A model generated the notes under the pieces. It saw only the letters and a list, made by a program, of their open reading frames with translations, had not been told where the DNA came from and did not search any database. Shown piece after piece: positions 29,133 to 39,315 of a DNA stretch of 64,000 nt. The first letter of the stretch is position 1. Each line of letters begins with the position of its first letter. The stretch covers positions 1-64,000 of the IMG/VR virus record IMGVR_UViG_3300028558_000791. One strand, written 5' to 3'. The translations under genes and the position numbers were made by a program.

Positions 29133-29929
29133 ACATGGACCACAAAGCACTAAAGTCCGACCTGACTTACGCACTCAAGAAGCTTTCTAAGGAAGGCAAG
29201 ATCATTACCTGCGAAGCTCTCGCGGATAACATGAGTCTTGTGGACGGTCAGTTTGTATTGAGCGGAGACAATGTAGACGTGCTTGAGGCCCTAGTCTTTG
29301 TCAAGGGATATGCGTGCCCCAAGATTGAACAAGGTTATTCAATTCCTCTATCAGACCTCATCTCTGAAAATGGACAGATTGCCAAGACAGACCTCTATGA
29401 TTTTATGGATGGTCTAGAGAACGTAGCTGGCAATGACAAGACTGAGTTCTACAAGGTTGGAGTTTACATTCGTGAGAAGTTTACTCCAGCCGGTGTACGC
29501 ACTGAGCTGTTGCCAAAGACAAAATACCAGTATTCTACTGCCGTAGAAACTGTTCGTAGGTTCATTGTCCATAACAGACCAATGCCAGGCTGTCGTAAAA
29601 CCGGTGCACCCTCTATCGTAGAGGTAGATTGTGAACTGTTTACTCCAGTTCTTGCTAGAGAAGGTGAGTTCGCTGCCCGCATTCTCAAGCCAGAATTCTT
29701 GTGGGAGCCTACTCGTATCCTCCAGGATGGAGTCTTGAAGGATGTAACCCTGCCTCCCGTATACGTTAGTCATGCCGTATTCGAAACTATCGAACAAGCA
29801 AGGGAAACTGCGAAGCAACAGGTTCGTGGTGGCTTTGATTTCGAAGTTCGTAAGGGTAAGATTCCTTCCTATACTGAGGAGGAGTTGAAGGCCAAATGTG
29901 ATCTAATTCAAGAAGTTATGATGTCATGA
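29129..29929 (+). CDS. Hypothetical protein
   Basis: Packed ORF. Confidence 0.6.
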   Translation: MNMDHKALKSDLTYALKKLSKEGKIITCEALADNMSLVDGQFVLSGDNVDVLEALVFVKGYACPKIEQGYSIPLSDLISENGQIAKTDLYDFMDGLENVAGNDKTEFYKVGVYIREKFTPAGVRTELLPKTKYQYSTAVETVRRFIVHNRPMPGCRKTGAPSIVEVDCELFTPVLAREGEFAARILKPEFLWEPTRILQDGVLKDVTLPPVYVSHAVFETIEQARETAKQQVRGGFDFEVRKGKIPSYTEEELKAKCDLIQEVMMS

Positions 29930-30537
29930 AAATCTTCATTATAGGTTTACCAAAGAGTGGTCGAACGACCGTATCCAAAGCCTTAGTGGAAGCTCACGGC
30001 TTTGAATACATTGACGCAACGTCATGGGTTCGATCTACCTATCGTGACCGTAAAGAGGGCGAACACCCTCACCAATATGAAGATGAATACCAGGCATACT
30101 TAACTAAAAGAATGATGGTTAATCCATGGTTTATTAGCGATCATGTTAGAGAGATGATGAAGGTTGTTGGTAAAGAGTATACAAACTTTGTCATCGATGG
30201 CATCATTAGTCCTAAAGACTTTTCTGTCTTATTCGATTATCGAGAAGACGTCGCTGTCTTTTTGAATAGAACGGATAATGAACACGAGTACAGAGACCAC
30301 GAAAACATTGGCGTCTCGGTTATCCGAGACTATTGTTTCTGGATGTCTGCTGCCGGCGTTCTATCTAAAGATAGATGGCTGGAATACAACTTCAAAATTC
30401 CTGGAGAGGATTCTGATTTTGTCAAGGCCATGGGTGCACAGAACAGTGTATTCATTACGAAGTCAATCAATAAAGTGATTGCTCATTTGATTGAACGTCT
30501 TAAAGGAAGCCCTCAAGATGGGAATCAAATTTATTGA
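29926..30537 (+). CDS. P-loop nucleotide kinase-like protein
   Basis: GLPKSGRTT Walker A variant; VIDG. Confidence 0.65.
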   Translation: MKIFIIGLPKSGRTTVSKALVEAHGFEYIDATSWVRSTYRDRKEGEHPHQYEDEYQAYLTKRMMVNPWFISDHVREMMKVVGKEYTNFVIDGIISPKDFSVLFDYREDVAVFLNRTDNEHEYRDHENIGVSVIRDYCFWMSAAGVLSKDRWLEYNFKIPGEDSDFVKAMGAQNSVFITKSINKVIAHLIERLKGSPQDGNQIY

Positions 30538-31474
30538 TTTGTTTGCTGGTATTGGGGGATTCAGAGTAGCTCTGGAAAATGCCGGGGCTACCTGCGTCTT
30601 CTCGTCTGAAATAGATAAATATGCCCTACAGGTTTATAAGGCAAATTTCAATGAAGATGCTAGTGGCGATATCACAAAAATCAAAGCGGAAGATATCCCG
30701 GCGCATGATGTTTTATGTGCTGGGTTTCCCTGTCAAGCCTTCTCTGAGTTTGGACAGAGAAAAGGGTTTAGTGATCCAAGAGGTACCCTTTTCTTTGAGA
30801 TACTTAGAGTAGCCAAACACCATAAACCTAAAGTAGTTTTACTAGAAAATGTATTGGGACTCACTTATCATAATGGTGGGGATACGTTTGAAACTATTAA
30901 GAATAGTCTAGGTGCTATGGGGTACCAAGTCCATTGGCAGCTCTTAGATGCATCTATGTTTGATCTTCCTCAAAGAAGAAAGAGAGTTTTCATAGTTGGC
31001 ATCAGAAAAGATATTAAGAAGCCCTTCAAGTTCCCAGAGGGACAATTAACAAGTAAAGGTATGAAGGACATCATAGAGTCTAATGTAGACGCTAATCACT
31101 TCATAGCTGAAGAGCGCTGGGAACATGTACTAAAGCAAAAGGCTGCTGGCAAATGTAAGCTGAGTCACTTTGTAATTGCACCAGACGAACTAGCTCACAC
31201 TCTACTTACCTCTAAATATGAGCACAACCTAGTAGTGGATCATAGTGTGCCGACTGGTACGTTTCATAATGTGAAAGCAAAAACGGCGAAAGCGGCTCGT
31301 ATCAACAAGCAACATGTCCGCCGTTTGACTCCCAAGGAATATTGTAGATTACAAGGGTTCCCAGATACATTCCAGATGCCGGTCTCTAACAAGCAATGCT
31401 ATAGATTGTTTGGTAACGCCGTAGCTGTTCCAGTAGTCGCTGCAATTTTCGAAGAGATTAAGAAAGTGTTATGA
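30518..31474 (+). CDS. DNA (cytosine-5)-methyltransferase
   Basis: FAGIGG, GFPCQ, ENV, QRRKR, RLQGFP, GNAV. Confidence 0.95.
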   Translation: MGIKFIDLFAGIGGFRVALENAGATCVFSSEIDKYALQVYKANFNEDASGDITKIKAEDIPAHDVLCAGFPCQAFSEFGQRKGFSDPRGTLFFEILRVAKHHKPKVVLLENVLGLTYHNGGDTFETIKNSLGAMGYQVHWQLLDASMFDLPQRRKRVFIVGIRKDIKKPFKFPEGQLTSKGMKDIIESNVDANHFIAEERWEHVLKQKAAGKCKLSHFVIAPDELAHTLLTSKYEHNLVVDHSVPTGTFHNVKAKTAKAARINKQHVRRLTPKEYCRLQGFPDTFQMPVSNKQCYRLFGNAVAVPVVAAIFEEIKKVL

Positions 31475-31641
31475 TTGAAGTAGCTTCTGAAGCTCTTCTT
31501 GAAACAATTGATCAAAGATATCTTGAGCCATTTTGTCAGCTTGAGCTTGGTCAATTTCTCCTGGCTGGTTGCCCACTTCTTGAGCCATCTTACGAATCTT
31601 TGCTTCTTCCATAATTTGGGAGAGAGTATCCATTCTTTTAG

Positions 31642-34134
31642 TCATTGTAATGGTCCTTGTGTTTTAACATATTCTAGATACTGAATAATAGTAGCAAGAA
31701 TTGATTTGGTTGGTTCCAGGTTTATATTTTTGAAATGCTGTGAAATTAAATCAGATAATCTAGTTGCTAGATCAATTGTACTGCTAATAAAAAATTGGTC
31801 ATTTGGCGTCAACCGATAATCATTATTAGTTGGTCCTTGCCATTTAGCAATGGTTTTTAGTGCGCCTCTTAGTTTTCTAAAATGTGGCATTAATCTAGCA
31901 AACTTAATTAAAGGCGATCTTTCATCTCTTCGTAAATGATCTGCGCTAATTTCTCTAATTTTTTGTATGGCTTCATATTTCGCTTGATTGTTTTTCTTCA
32001 CTATAGCGCTAGCTAAAGCATCAACAAATGGTTTAAATTGCGGATCGCCGCCATCTACTGGTCTAGAAACTCTTTGTTTGAGACGAGTAAAGTCTGAATT
32101 AAATCTTGTTTGAAGCTCATTAATAAGACCTAAAAATGTAGCTAGTTCAAAATCTGGCTGCATCGGATATTCTAAGTTTTTTATAGAAACACGACCGCCG
32201 CCTTTTGTTGGAGCATATTCTGGAACATCTTCTCGCATTTGCTCTCTGCCTTTTTGTTTTGTGAGCATTCTATCAGTTTCACGTTTTGACTGCTGAGGAG
32301 ACTTTTTATTTAACATATCTTCTAAAGATTGGGCAGTTGTTTCAAGGGATGGTTGTTCCTCTTGTAAAATGTTATCATAGATATATTTGACAAGAGAAGG
32401 ATAAAACTTCACTGATGTCATATAGTGTGAGCGTCCATACCTACCACCTTTTTCAGGGAAGTATTTAGTGTAGATATCATACATTCTATTAATTTGAGCA
32501 GCAGCAGTTCGTAACATATCTCTTTCACTTTCGCTCAAGTTCCAAACACCACTAGCATTTTGTTTGGATTTGATATTGTAGAGAAATTCTTCAATAGTCT
32601 TGAAGTGTGGAGCCAATCTAATAGACCAGAGGTAACCTCTTAGTGAAGCATCGCTTACTAAGGTTTCTTTGATGGCAGCTTTCAAAGCATTGATTGCTGT
32701 AAACTTAGCGGCCTGGTCTTTTCTTTTGATAGCCATAGATACGGCCTCAACATATGGCTGCATTTTATCATCACCTTTTTCTTTACCAGAACGGGCGACA
32801 TACTTCTTAGCGTCAGAGGTAATAGTATTGTTTAGTTCTCTAAAACGTTTTAGTAGGGTTGGATAAGATGCGGTATCAAAGTCTACTTGAGGTTTCTTGA
32901 TTCTACCGCCACCTCTCATTGGTGCTGCCGTAGGAGCCTCTCTACCCTCTTCCTCTCTTGTCTTTTGTACAGTACGAATTCTATCATACTGCGCCTTAGT
33001 GATTCTGTCAGTAAACTGCGCTGCCCCATTGATGGCTTCTTCCATCTTTTTAAACTGCTCGTCAGATAGATTAGGGTCAGCGGTTAGCGCATTGATTAGT
33101 CTAGTTCTTTCCTGGGCTTCTTTGCCGTAACCATACTTGCCAGACGTACGTAGCTCTTGAAGCTTGATCTTCTCTTGTAGAATGCGTCTCTCCTGCCCAC
33201 TCATTGGTGCCGTGAGTTTTCCTTGGAGTACGCCTAACTCATTCTCTTTATAGAATTTACTGAGACTACGTTTCAATAGGCGTCTCTCACGTTCACCAGC
33301 ACTAAGTTTTAAACGAATATCAGCTAACTGAGCCTCTTCTTTGGGGTGGGCGATTTCAGTTTCAATATCGATTTGGTTTTGAATTTTTAGTGCATCAATA
33401 GTTAGTTTACTAAGAACACCTAAAACTTTAATCAATGCTTCTAGATTAGCTCTGACCTTTGGATTTTGACGAGCTTGCTGGCTAGCTGGTGTTAATAAGC
33501 TAGAAGAACCATTCAAGTCTTCATTATACTTATCAGCTTCATTAGCATATAATGCGGCCCAATCTTTGAGAGAACGAGCTTTACCTACACTATAACCTCT
33601 TCCAGTTCCACTCTGAGCGGCTTCTTGGTTTACACCGCCAGTCATATCGAACTGTCCACCGCCATAACCTAGCAAGCTAGCCTCATAGGCAGAGACATCT
33701 TCTTCTTCTTCTTCAGGTTCTTCATAGGAGAATGGGCTATCTTCAGTACGTGCAGCAGAGCCGGCCATCTGGAGTTCACGCATGTCTCCAGGAGAATCAG
33801 GACGAGCAGCCCTAGCCTTAATAGAGCTGGCAATTTGATTCAAAAGGTCTTCGACTGATTCAGTCTCCTCTTCATCAGGATCCATATCTTCAACCATTCC
33901 CTGAATGGCTTTGTAGATGGTATTGAATCCACCATTCATCTCAAGCGCTTTGTTGTACATAGCAGCTAGGACACGCAAGTTATAAGACACCTCAGGGTTG
34001 AGGGTCTGTTGAGCGGCTTTCGATAATTCGGCAACTAGTTTAGTATCGTCAGCTCCCAAAGAAACTAAACTGTAATGTTCGGCAACTTTGAAAAATTCAT
34101 CTATTCTTCTGATTAGACTGGGTAAAAGCGGCAT
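31642..34134 (-). CDS. Large hypothetical protein with internally duplicated C-terminal domain
   Basis: Only credible minus-strand gene; two related helical repeats. Confidence 0.75.
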   Translation of the reverse strand: MPLLPSLIRRIDEFFKVAEHYSLVSLGADDTKLVAELSKAAQQTLNPEVSYNLRVLAAMYNKALEMNGGFNTIYKAIQGMVEDMDPDEEETESVEDLLNQIASSIKARAARPDSPGDMRELQMAGSAARTEDSPFSYEEPEEEEEDVSAYEASLLGYGGGQFDMTGGVNQEAAQSGTGRGYSVGKARSLKDWAALYANEADKYNEDLNGSSSLLTPASQQARQNPKVRANLEALIKVLGVLSKLTIDALKIQNQIDIETEIAHPKEEAQLADIRLKLSAGERERRLLKRSLSKFYKENELGVLQGKLTAPMSGQERRILQEKIKLQELRTSGKYGYGKEAQERTRLINALTADPNLSDEQFKKMEEAINGAAQFTDRITKAQYDRIRTVQKTREEEGREAPTAAPMRGGGRIKKPQVDFDTASYPTLLKRFRELNNTITSDAKKYVARSGKEKGDDKMQPYVEAVSMAIKRKDQAAKFTAINALKAAIKETLVSDASLRGYLWSIRLAPHFKTIEEFLYNIKSKQNASGVWNLSESERDMLRTAAAQINRMYDIYTKYFPEKGGRYGRSHYMTSVKFYPSLVKYIYDNILQEEQPSLETTAQSLEDMLNKKSPQQSKRETDRMLTKQKGREQMREDVPEYAPTKGGGRVSIKNLEYPMQPDFELATFLGLINELQTRFNSDFTRLKQRVSRPVDGGDPQFKPFVDALASAIVKKNNQAKYEAIQKIREISADHLRRDERSPLIKFARLMPHFRKLRGALKTIAKWQGPTNNDYRLTPNDQFFISSTIDLATRLSDLISQHFKNINLEPTKSILATIIQYLEYVKTQGPLQ

Positions 34135-34205
34135 GTGACCTTCTAAAACTTTTGGATTTGCTAGACTGTTATATATACAGCATTATGACCAAAAGGGGAT
34201 AACTA

Positions 34206-35393
34206 ATGAAAGTAGTGTATACTGGCGAGGATATGCCTGAAACGTTTACAAAATCCATCTTTTTAGCTGGACCTACGCCACGCAATAAAGATGAGCAGGA
34301 ATCCTGGCGTCCCGATGCCTTGCAGATTCTAGAAGATAAAGGATTTGATGGAGTTGTTTTCGTCCCTGAAGGACGTGATGGCCAGTTTAAACTAGATTAT
34401 GATGACCAGGTTGGCTGGGAAGAGAAGTATCTCAACGTGGCTGATTGTATCGTCTTCTGGGTTCCTCGTGACCTAGAACCAGATAGCAAAGGTTATCCTA
34501 AGATGGCAGCCTTTACTACTAATGTAGAGTTTGGAACCTGGCAGTCGAGCGGTAAGATTGTATTTGGTGCTCCGCCTGACGCGACTAAGAATGGGTATTT
34601 AAAACATTACGCCGAGAAGTATAGCGTCCCGGTAGCTGAGTCGCTGGTGGAAACGCTAGACGATGCCATGGGAATGGTAGAAGATGGTGCCGAGCGTAGT
34701 GGCGGGGAGCGATATGTTCCACTGTTCATCTGGAAACAGGATTCATTTCAGTCTTGGTATAAATCTCAGACTGATGCCGGTAATCGTTTAGAAGAAGCGC
34801 GTTTGCTTTATAGCTTTCGTCCCCGCTATAAGAGTTTTGTTTTCCTTTGGATTCTACATACTAAAATCTATGTTGAATCAGAAGATAGGGTAAAAGATAA
34901 TGAATTTGTTCTGGCCCGTCCTGATATTTCTTCTGTCTGCCTATACCACAAAGTGTCTGCTGGCTTCCCTGCGTCGTGGAAAGACATCGAAGTAGTTTTG
35001 GTTAGGGAATTTAGGGCTCCAGCCTCTACTAAAAATGGATTCATTCTGGAACTTCCAGGAGGAAGCTCAACTAAGGAAGCTAATCCAGAAGAGGTTGCTG
35101 CCGAAGAGGTGCATGAGGAGATGGGATTTTATATAGAACCATCTCGTTTGAAACTGCATGGCACTCGTCAGCTAGCTGCTACACTTTCCTCACACAAGTC
35201 TCATCTTTTTTCAGCGGAAATTACCGAAGAAGAAGCTGATTGGTTTAAGTCTCAGGAAGATATTGCTCACGGTAAAGAAGAAGATAGCGAAAGAACATTT
35301 ATTGAAGTTCACCCCATCTCTCAGTTAGTAAATGAAGAGTCAATTGACTGGACTACATTAGGACAAATTCTATCTGTAATTTCTAAAGTTTAA
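34206..35393 (+). CDS. Nucleoside 2-deoxyribosyltransferase-like domain fused to NUDIX hydrolase
   Basis: IFLAGPTPR...WE...TNVEFG; ELPGGS...AAEEVHEEMG. Confidence 0.8.
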   Translation: MKVVYTGEDMPETFTKSIFLAGPTPRNKDEQESWRPDALQILEDKGFDGVVFVPEGRDGQFKLDYDDQVGWEEKYLNVADCIVFWVPRDLEPDSKGYPKMAAFTTNVEFGTWQSSGKIVFGAPPDATKNGYLKHYAEKYSVPVAESLVETLDDAMGMVEDGAERSGGERYVPLFIWKQDSFQSWYKSQTDAGNRLEEARLLYSFRPRYKSFVFLWILHTKIYVESEDRVKDNEFVLARPDISSVCLYHKVSAGFPASWKDIEVVLVREFRAPASTKNGFILELPGGSSTKEANPEEVAAEEVHEEMGFYIEPSRLKLHGTRQLAATLSSHKSHLFSAEITEEEADWFKSQEDIAHGKEEDSERTFIEVHPISQLVNEESIDWTTLGQILSVISKV

Positions 35394-35421
35394 GAACCGG
35401 GTAATTTTGTCATATGATATT

Positions 35422-35583
35422 ATGTTCGATGACAAACTATACAAGTTTCTTTTTAAATGCGATGACTGTGCAATGATTGTCTCTATCGAGTTAGAGGAAG
35501 AAGACGAGCTAGAGAAGGTCAATGAGAATAAGTTCGTTCTCGAATGTCCTTGCGGTGGCCAGAGTCACGTACTGCGAGACTAA
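35422..35583 (+). CDS. 53-aa zinc-ribbon protein (not in ORF track)
   Basis: Hand translation: CDDC...CPCG. Confidence 0.55.
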   Translation: MFDDKLYKFLFKCDDCAMIVSIELEEEDELEKVNENKFVLECPCGGQSHVLRD

Positions 35584-35683
35584 TTTCATATACATACCTA
35601 TCAATACTGATATATAAAACGTATCGAAAGAGGGTTTCGATTTTCGGGCTACGTCCGTTTATTTTAGAAAATTATCTACGTCC

Positions 35684-35712
35684 TTGACGGCGAATGTGCA
35701 GAGTTTTACTAT
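35684..35712 (+). promoter_or_regulatory. sigma70-like promoter of Ro60 gene
   Basis: TTGACG-N17-TACTAT. Confidence 0.6.
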
Positions 35713-35787
35713 GCGCAACTCGACGACATCGGCATGTTTCGTTTCAATTTGTTGGGACTATTTCCCAAATATGGAAGGTGTATTATT

Positions 35788-37419
35788 ATGTCAAACAAGA
35801 ACTTATTCTCAAACAAGAACAAGCTAACGGTATCTGTTTCTAAGAAGGTAACTCTGCCAACCAACACGGTTAATGAGGCAGGTGGAACTGCATATAAGCT
35901 GTCCGACAAGGCTGCTTTGGCGCAGTACGCCATGACTGGTACGTTCAACGGTACATACTATGCATCCGATGCAGATCAACTTAAGAAGGTCCTTGAGTTG
36001 GCAAACAAGGTAGATCCAAAGTTCGTCGCTAAGCTGGCAGTGTACGCACGCCAGAGAGGCTTGATGAAGGATATGCCTGCCGTTCTTGCAGCCGTCATTG
36101 CTGGAAGAGACGCTGACCTATTGGCTACGATTTTCGATAGAGTAATCGACAATCCAAAGATGCTTCGTAACTTCGTTCAGATCATCCGATCTGGCGCAAC
36201 TGGCCGTAAGTCCTTGGGAACTCGCCCAAAGAAGTTGGTACAGAAGTATCTTGAGAACTTGACCGACGAGCAGTTGTTCAAGGCTGATGTTGGTAACGAT
36301 CCGTCGTTGCAGGACATCATCAAGTTGGTTCACCCAAAGCCAACTAACAAGCAGCGTTCTGCGTTGTACGGTTACTTGCTCGACAAGGAGTACAACAAGA
36401 GAGACCTCGTGTCTTTGGCACAACAGTTCGAAGCATTCAAGAAGGATATGAAGGGAGAGATCCCAGATGTTCCGTTCCAGATGTTGACGGCTCTGCCATT
36501 GACTGATACGCACTGGAAGCAGATTGCTGAGAATGCAACCTGGAACCAGATCCGTATGAACCTCAATACGTTTGCTCGTCACAACGTATTGGCTGACAAG
36601 AAGCTGGTCGATGTTTTGGCAGCAAAGCTATCGGACCCAGAGCAGGTCAAGCGTTCCAAGACGTTCCCATATCAGTTGTTCACCACTTACTTGAACGTGG
36701 ACGCCACGATTCCAAGCAAGCTGACGAACGCATTGCAAGATGCGGCTGATTCTTCTTTGGATAACATTCCTGAGTTCCCAGGAAAGGTCTTCGTAATGGT
36801 TGACACTTCTGGTTCTATGGGCTCTGCCGTCACCGGTAAGAGAGTAAATCCAAAGACTGGTAAGGAGGAATCCTTTACGACTAAGGCTCGATGCGTAGAC
36901 GTGGCAGCACTTTTCGCAGCAGCAATCTTGCGCAAGAATCCAGACACTGAGATTGTGCCATTCGACACCTCAGTACATGTTGGTCACCGATTCAATCCAC
37001 GTGATTCGATCATGACCAATGCAAAGACTCTAGCTTCATTCGGTGGTGGTGGTACCAACTGCTCCGCTGCTTTGGAGTATGTCAACAAAAAGGCTGGCAA
37101 GGGCGACCTTGTCATCTACGTGTCTGACAATGAGTCATGGGTTGATACGAAGGCATCTAACTCAGGTGTGTTCGGATACTACCGCCGTAATGGCACTGCC
37201 ACTATGGAAGAGTGGAATAAGTTCGCAGCCCGTAACAAGGGTGCAAAGCTTGTCTGTATCGACATTCAACCAAACTCCTCCACCCAAGCACACGACAGGG
37301 ATGACATCCTGAACGTGGGAGGATTCAGTGACCAGGTGTTCGATGTAATCGCAAGATTCGCCGAGCTTGGAAACAACAAGGATCTCTGGATCAAGACGAT
37401 CGAAGACGTCAAACTCTAA
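35788..37419 (+). CDS. rsr: Ro60 / TROVE domain RNA-binding protein (Rsr) with vWA domain
   Basis: NEAGGTAY, TGTFNGTYY, LVHPKP, RMNLNTFARH, MIDAS VDTSGSM, GGGTNCS, VSDNESW. Confidence 0.93.
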   Translation: MSNKNLFSNKNKLTVSVSKKVTLPTNTVNEAGGTAYKLSDKAALAQYAMTGTFNGTYYASDADQLKKVLELANKVDPKFVAKLAVYARQRGLMKDMPAVLAAVIAGRDADLLATIFDRVIDNPKMLRNFVQIIRSGATGRKSLGTRPKKLVQKYLENLTDEQLFKADVGNDPSLQDIIKLVHPKPTNKQRSALYGYLLDKEYNKRDLVSLAQQFEAFKKDMKGEIPDVPFQMLTALPLTDTHWKQIAENATWNQIRMNLNTFARHNVLADKKLVDVLAAKLSDPEQVKRSKTFPYQLFTTYLNVDATIPSKLTNALQDAADSSLDNIPEFPGKVFVMVDTSGSMGSAVTGKRVNPKTGKEESFTTKARCVDVAALFAAAILRKNPDTEIVPFDTSVHVGHRFNPRDSIMTNAKTLASFGGGGTNCSAALEYVNKKAGKGDLVIYVSDNESWVDTKASNSGVFGYYRRNGTATMEEWNKFAARNKGAKLVCIDIQPNSSTQAHDRDDILNVGGFSDQVFDVIARFAELGNNKDLWIKTIEDVKL

Positions 37420-37427
37420 TCGTCAGA

Positions 37428-37492
37428 GCCTCTAACCGAAGGGTGCCCGAGTGAAGACCGGGTTGCTGATGCAAGTTCAGCATGGAGGCCCA
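37428..37492 (+). ncRNA. Compact tRNA-like RNA directly after Ro60
   Basis: GCCTCTA/TGGAGGC plus CCA; GCTGA-TGCAAGT-TCAGC T-like arm; CCCG/CGGG arm. Confidence 0.55.
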
Positions 37493-37494
37493 TC

Positions 37495-37911
37495 ATGAAT
37501 AAGTTAGAAGATTTAGTGGCGGCAGCAAGACTAGCCGCCCAACATTCGTACAGTCCATACAGCAACTTCAAAGTTGCATCCGCCGTAGAAATGGAAGATG
37601 GAAGCATCTTTAGCGGCTCTAATGTAGAGAATGCGTCTTACGGTCTCACTATCTGTGCAGAGCGCAACGCAATCTTTCAAGCTGTGTCTAAGGGACATCG
37701 CCTAATAAAACGTATCATTGTCTACGCTCCTTCACCAACTGTTCGTACTGGCCCTTGTGGAGCCTGTAGGCAGGTAATTAAAGAATTTGCCGATGAATAT
37801 ACACTAATCATTGGCGCCTGTAACTCAGACGATATATTAACTTTTACAATGGAAGATTTGTTACCAAAGAGTTTTGGTCCCGATAATCTTCTAAAGAAAA
37901 GAAACCAATGA
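37495..37911 (+). CDS. cdd: Cytidine deaminase
   Basis: YSPYS, NVENASYGLTICAER, PCGACRQ. Confidence 0.93.
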   Translation: MNKLEDLVAAARLAAQHSYSPYSNFKVASAVEMEDGSIFSGSNVENASYGLTICAERNAIFQAVSKGHRLIKRIIVYAPSPTVRTGPCGACRQVIKEFADEYTLIIGACNSDDILTFTMEDLLPKSFGPDNLLKKRNQ

Positions 37912-38753
37912 TTAAGCGAAATGGCGTAGAGGTAATGAACGCCCGCACTAAAAACGTCTCTATTGCCAAAGAAACAATCGCTATAATCAACAACCAAAAA
38001 TACACCAATCTCAATGGAGATACAGTAGATATCTCAGTAGAAATGGATGCGGCCATAGACGGCACTCATTACTATGAGGCTGACGTTTTAGTCGGCATGC
38101 CCGCCGATCAGGCTCCCATTCACGCTACGATTGAGGTAGTAAATGAGACTACTGCTCAAGCTGCTGTTCGATTGCAAGCTAAAGGAAAAACTAATCTAGT
38201 TGCCCTTAACTTCGCTTCAGCGCGTAATCAAGGTGGAGGCTTTCTTTCTGGAGCTTTGGCTCAAGAAGAAGACTTGTGTAGGGCTTCTGGCCTATATGGT
38301 TGCCTGAAACGCAAACCATTGTTCTACAATGCAAACATCCTGTGTGACGATGCATTCTATACAAATGGAGTTCTCTACTCACCTAACGTTCCGTTCTTTA
38401 GGGATGATCATAATCTGTTTTTAGAGAAGCCTTTTCCGCTTTCTATCGTCTCAGCACCAGCTCCTAACCTTTCTAGCACCAAGTCGAACATCGACCCTAA
38501 AGTATTAACCTCTCTTATTAGAGAGCGTACTGTTAGGATTCTACAGGTGGCTCATGCCAATGGGCATAAGAACATCATTTTAGGTGCCTGGGGCTGTGGA
38601 GCCTTCGGAAATGATCCTGAAATGGTATCAAAAGCATTTATGTTGGCCCTAACTAAAGTTCCATATTTCGAGCATGTAACCTTTGCGGTATATGATACCA
38701 GAGAGCCGTACGTTTTATATGAAACGTTCAAAGAAGTCTGTAACGCTGTATAG
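37908..38753 (+). CDS. TIGR02452/DUF2263 bacterial-type poly(ADP-ribose) glycohydrolase
   Basis: LNFASA..GGGF..GALAQEEDLCRAS, LGAWGCGAFGN. Confidence 0.9.
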   Translation: MIKRNGVEVMNARTKNVSIAKETIAIINNQKYTNLNGDTVDISVEMDAAIDGTHYYEADVLVGMPADQAPIHATIEVVNETTAQAAVRLQAKGKTNLVALNFASARNQGGGFLSGALAQEEDLCRASGLYGCLKRKPLFYNANILCDDAFYTNGVLYSPNVPFFRDDHNLFLEKPFPLSIVSAPAPNLSSTKSNIDPKVLTSLIRERTVRILQVAHANGHKNIILGAWGCGAFGNDPEMVSKAFMLALTKVPYFEHVTFAVYDTREPYVLYETFKEVCNAV

Positions 38754-39315
38754 ACCAACCGGCCCAAAAGAGTTAGATTTGATTAAAAAGTCTAACTATA
38801 AGAAGTTCCCGCCCCGCTTGCCTGAACAACCAATTTTCTATCCAGTTCTTACAAAAGAGTATGCGGTAAAGATTGCACGAGATTGGAATGTAAAAGCTTC
38901 CGGAATAGGTTTTGTACTAGAATTCAAGGTCCGAAAGGATTTTCTAGACAAATATCCAGTGCAAGTAGCTGGCGGCAATTCTCATCAGGAGTATTGGATT
39001 CCAGCGGAAGAATTAGAAGACTTCAATCAAGCTCTAGTGGGCGAGATAAAGGTCACTGAGACGTACCAAGAGTGGTACATTTACATCCTAAAGTGTTCTG
39101 ATGGTACTTTGTACACAGGTATCACGAACAATCTGGGTAAACGAATCAAACAACATAACGAGGGTAAAGGCGCAAAGTACACGAAGGGTCGTGGTCCCGT
39201 TGCCCTTGTTAAGTTTTTCACCCGATTAACTAAGGGTGAAGCCCTGAAACTTGAATATCAGATCAAACAACTCTCTAAAGAAGAGAAACTGAATTACAAT
39301 GAGCAGAAGAGGTAA
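38719..39315 (+). CDS. Conserved LYRP..RLPEQPIFYPV domain fused to GIY-YIG nuclease
   Basis: C-terminal YIYILKCSDGTLYTGITNN..R..HN..GAKYT. Confidence 0.75.
   Translation: MKRSKKSVTLYRPTGPKELDLIKKSNYKKFPPRLPEQPIFYPVLTKEYAVKIARDWNVKASGIGFVLEFKVRKDFLDKYPVQVAGGNSHQEYWIPAEELEDFNQALVGEIKVTETYQEWYIYILKCSDGTLYTGITNNLGKRIKQHNEGKGAKYTKGRGPVALVKFFTRLTKGEALKLEYQIKQLSKEEKLNYNEQKR

Noticed and set aside
35686-35760. Y RNA upstream of Ro60 (GGCGAATG matches the motif)
   Set aside because: The match lies in a promoter spacer and has no complementary 3' strand or GGATTACA helix.
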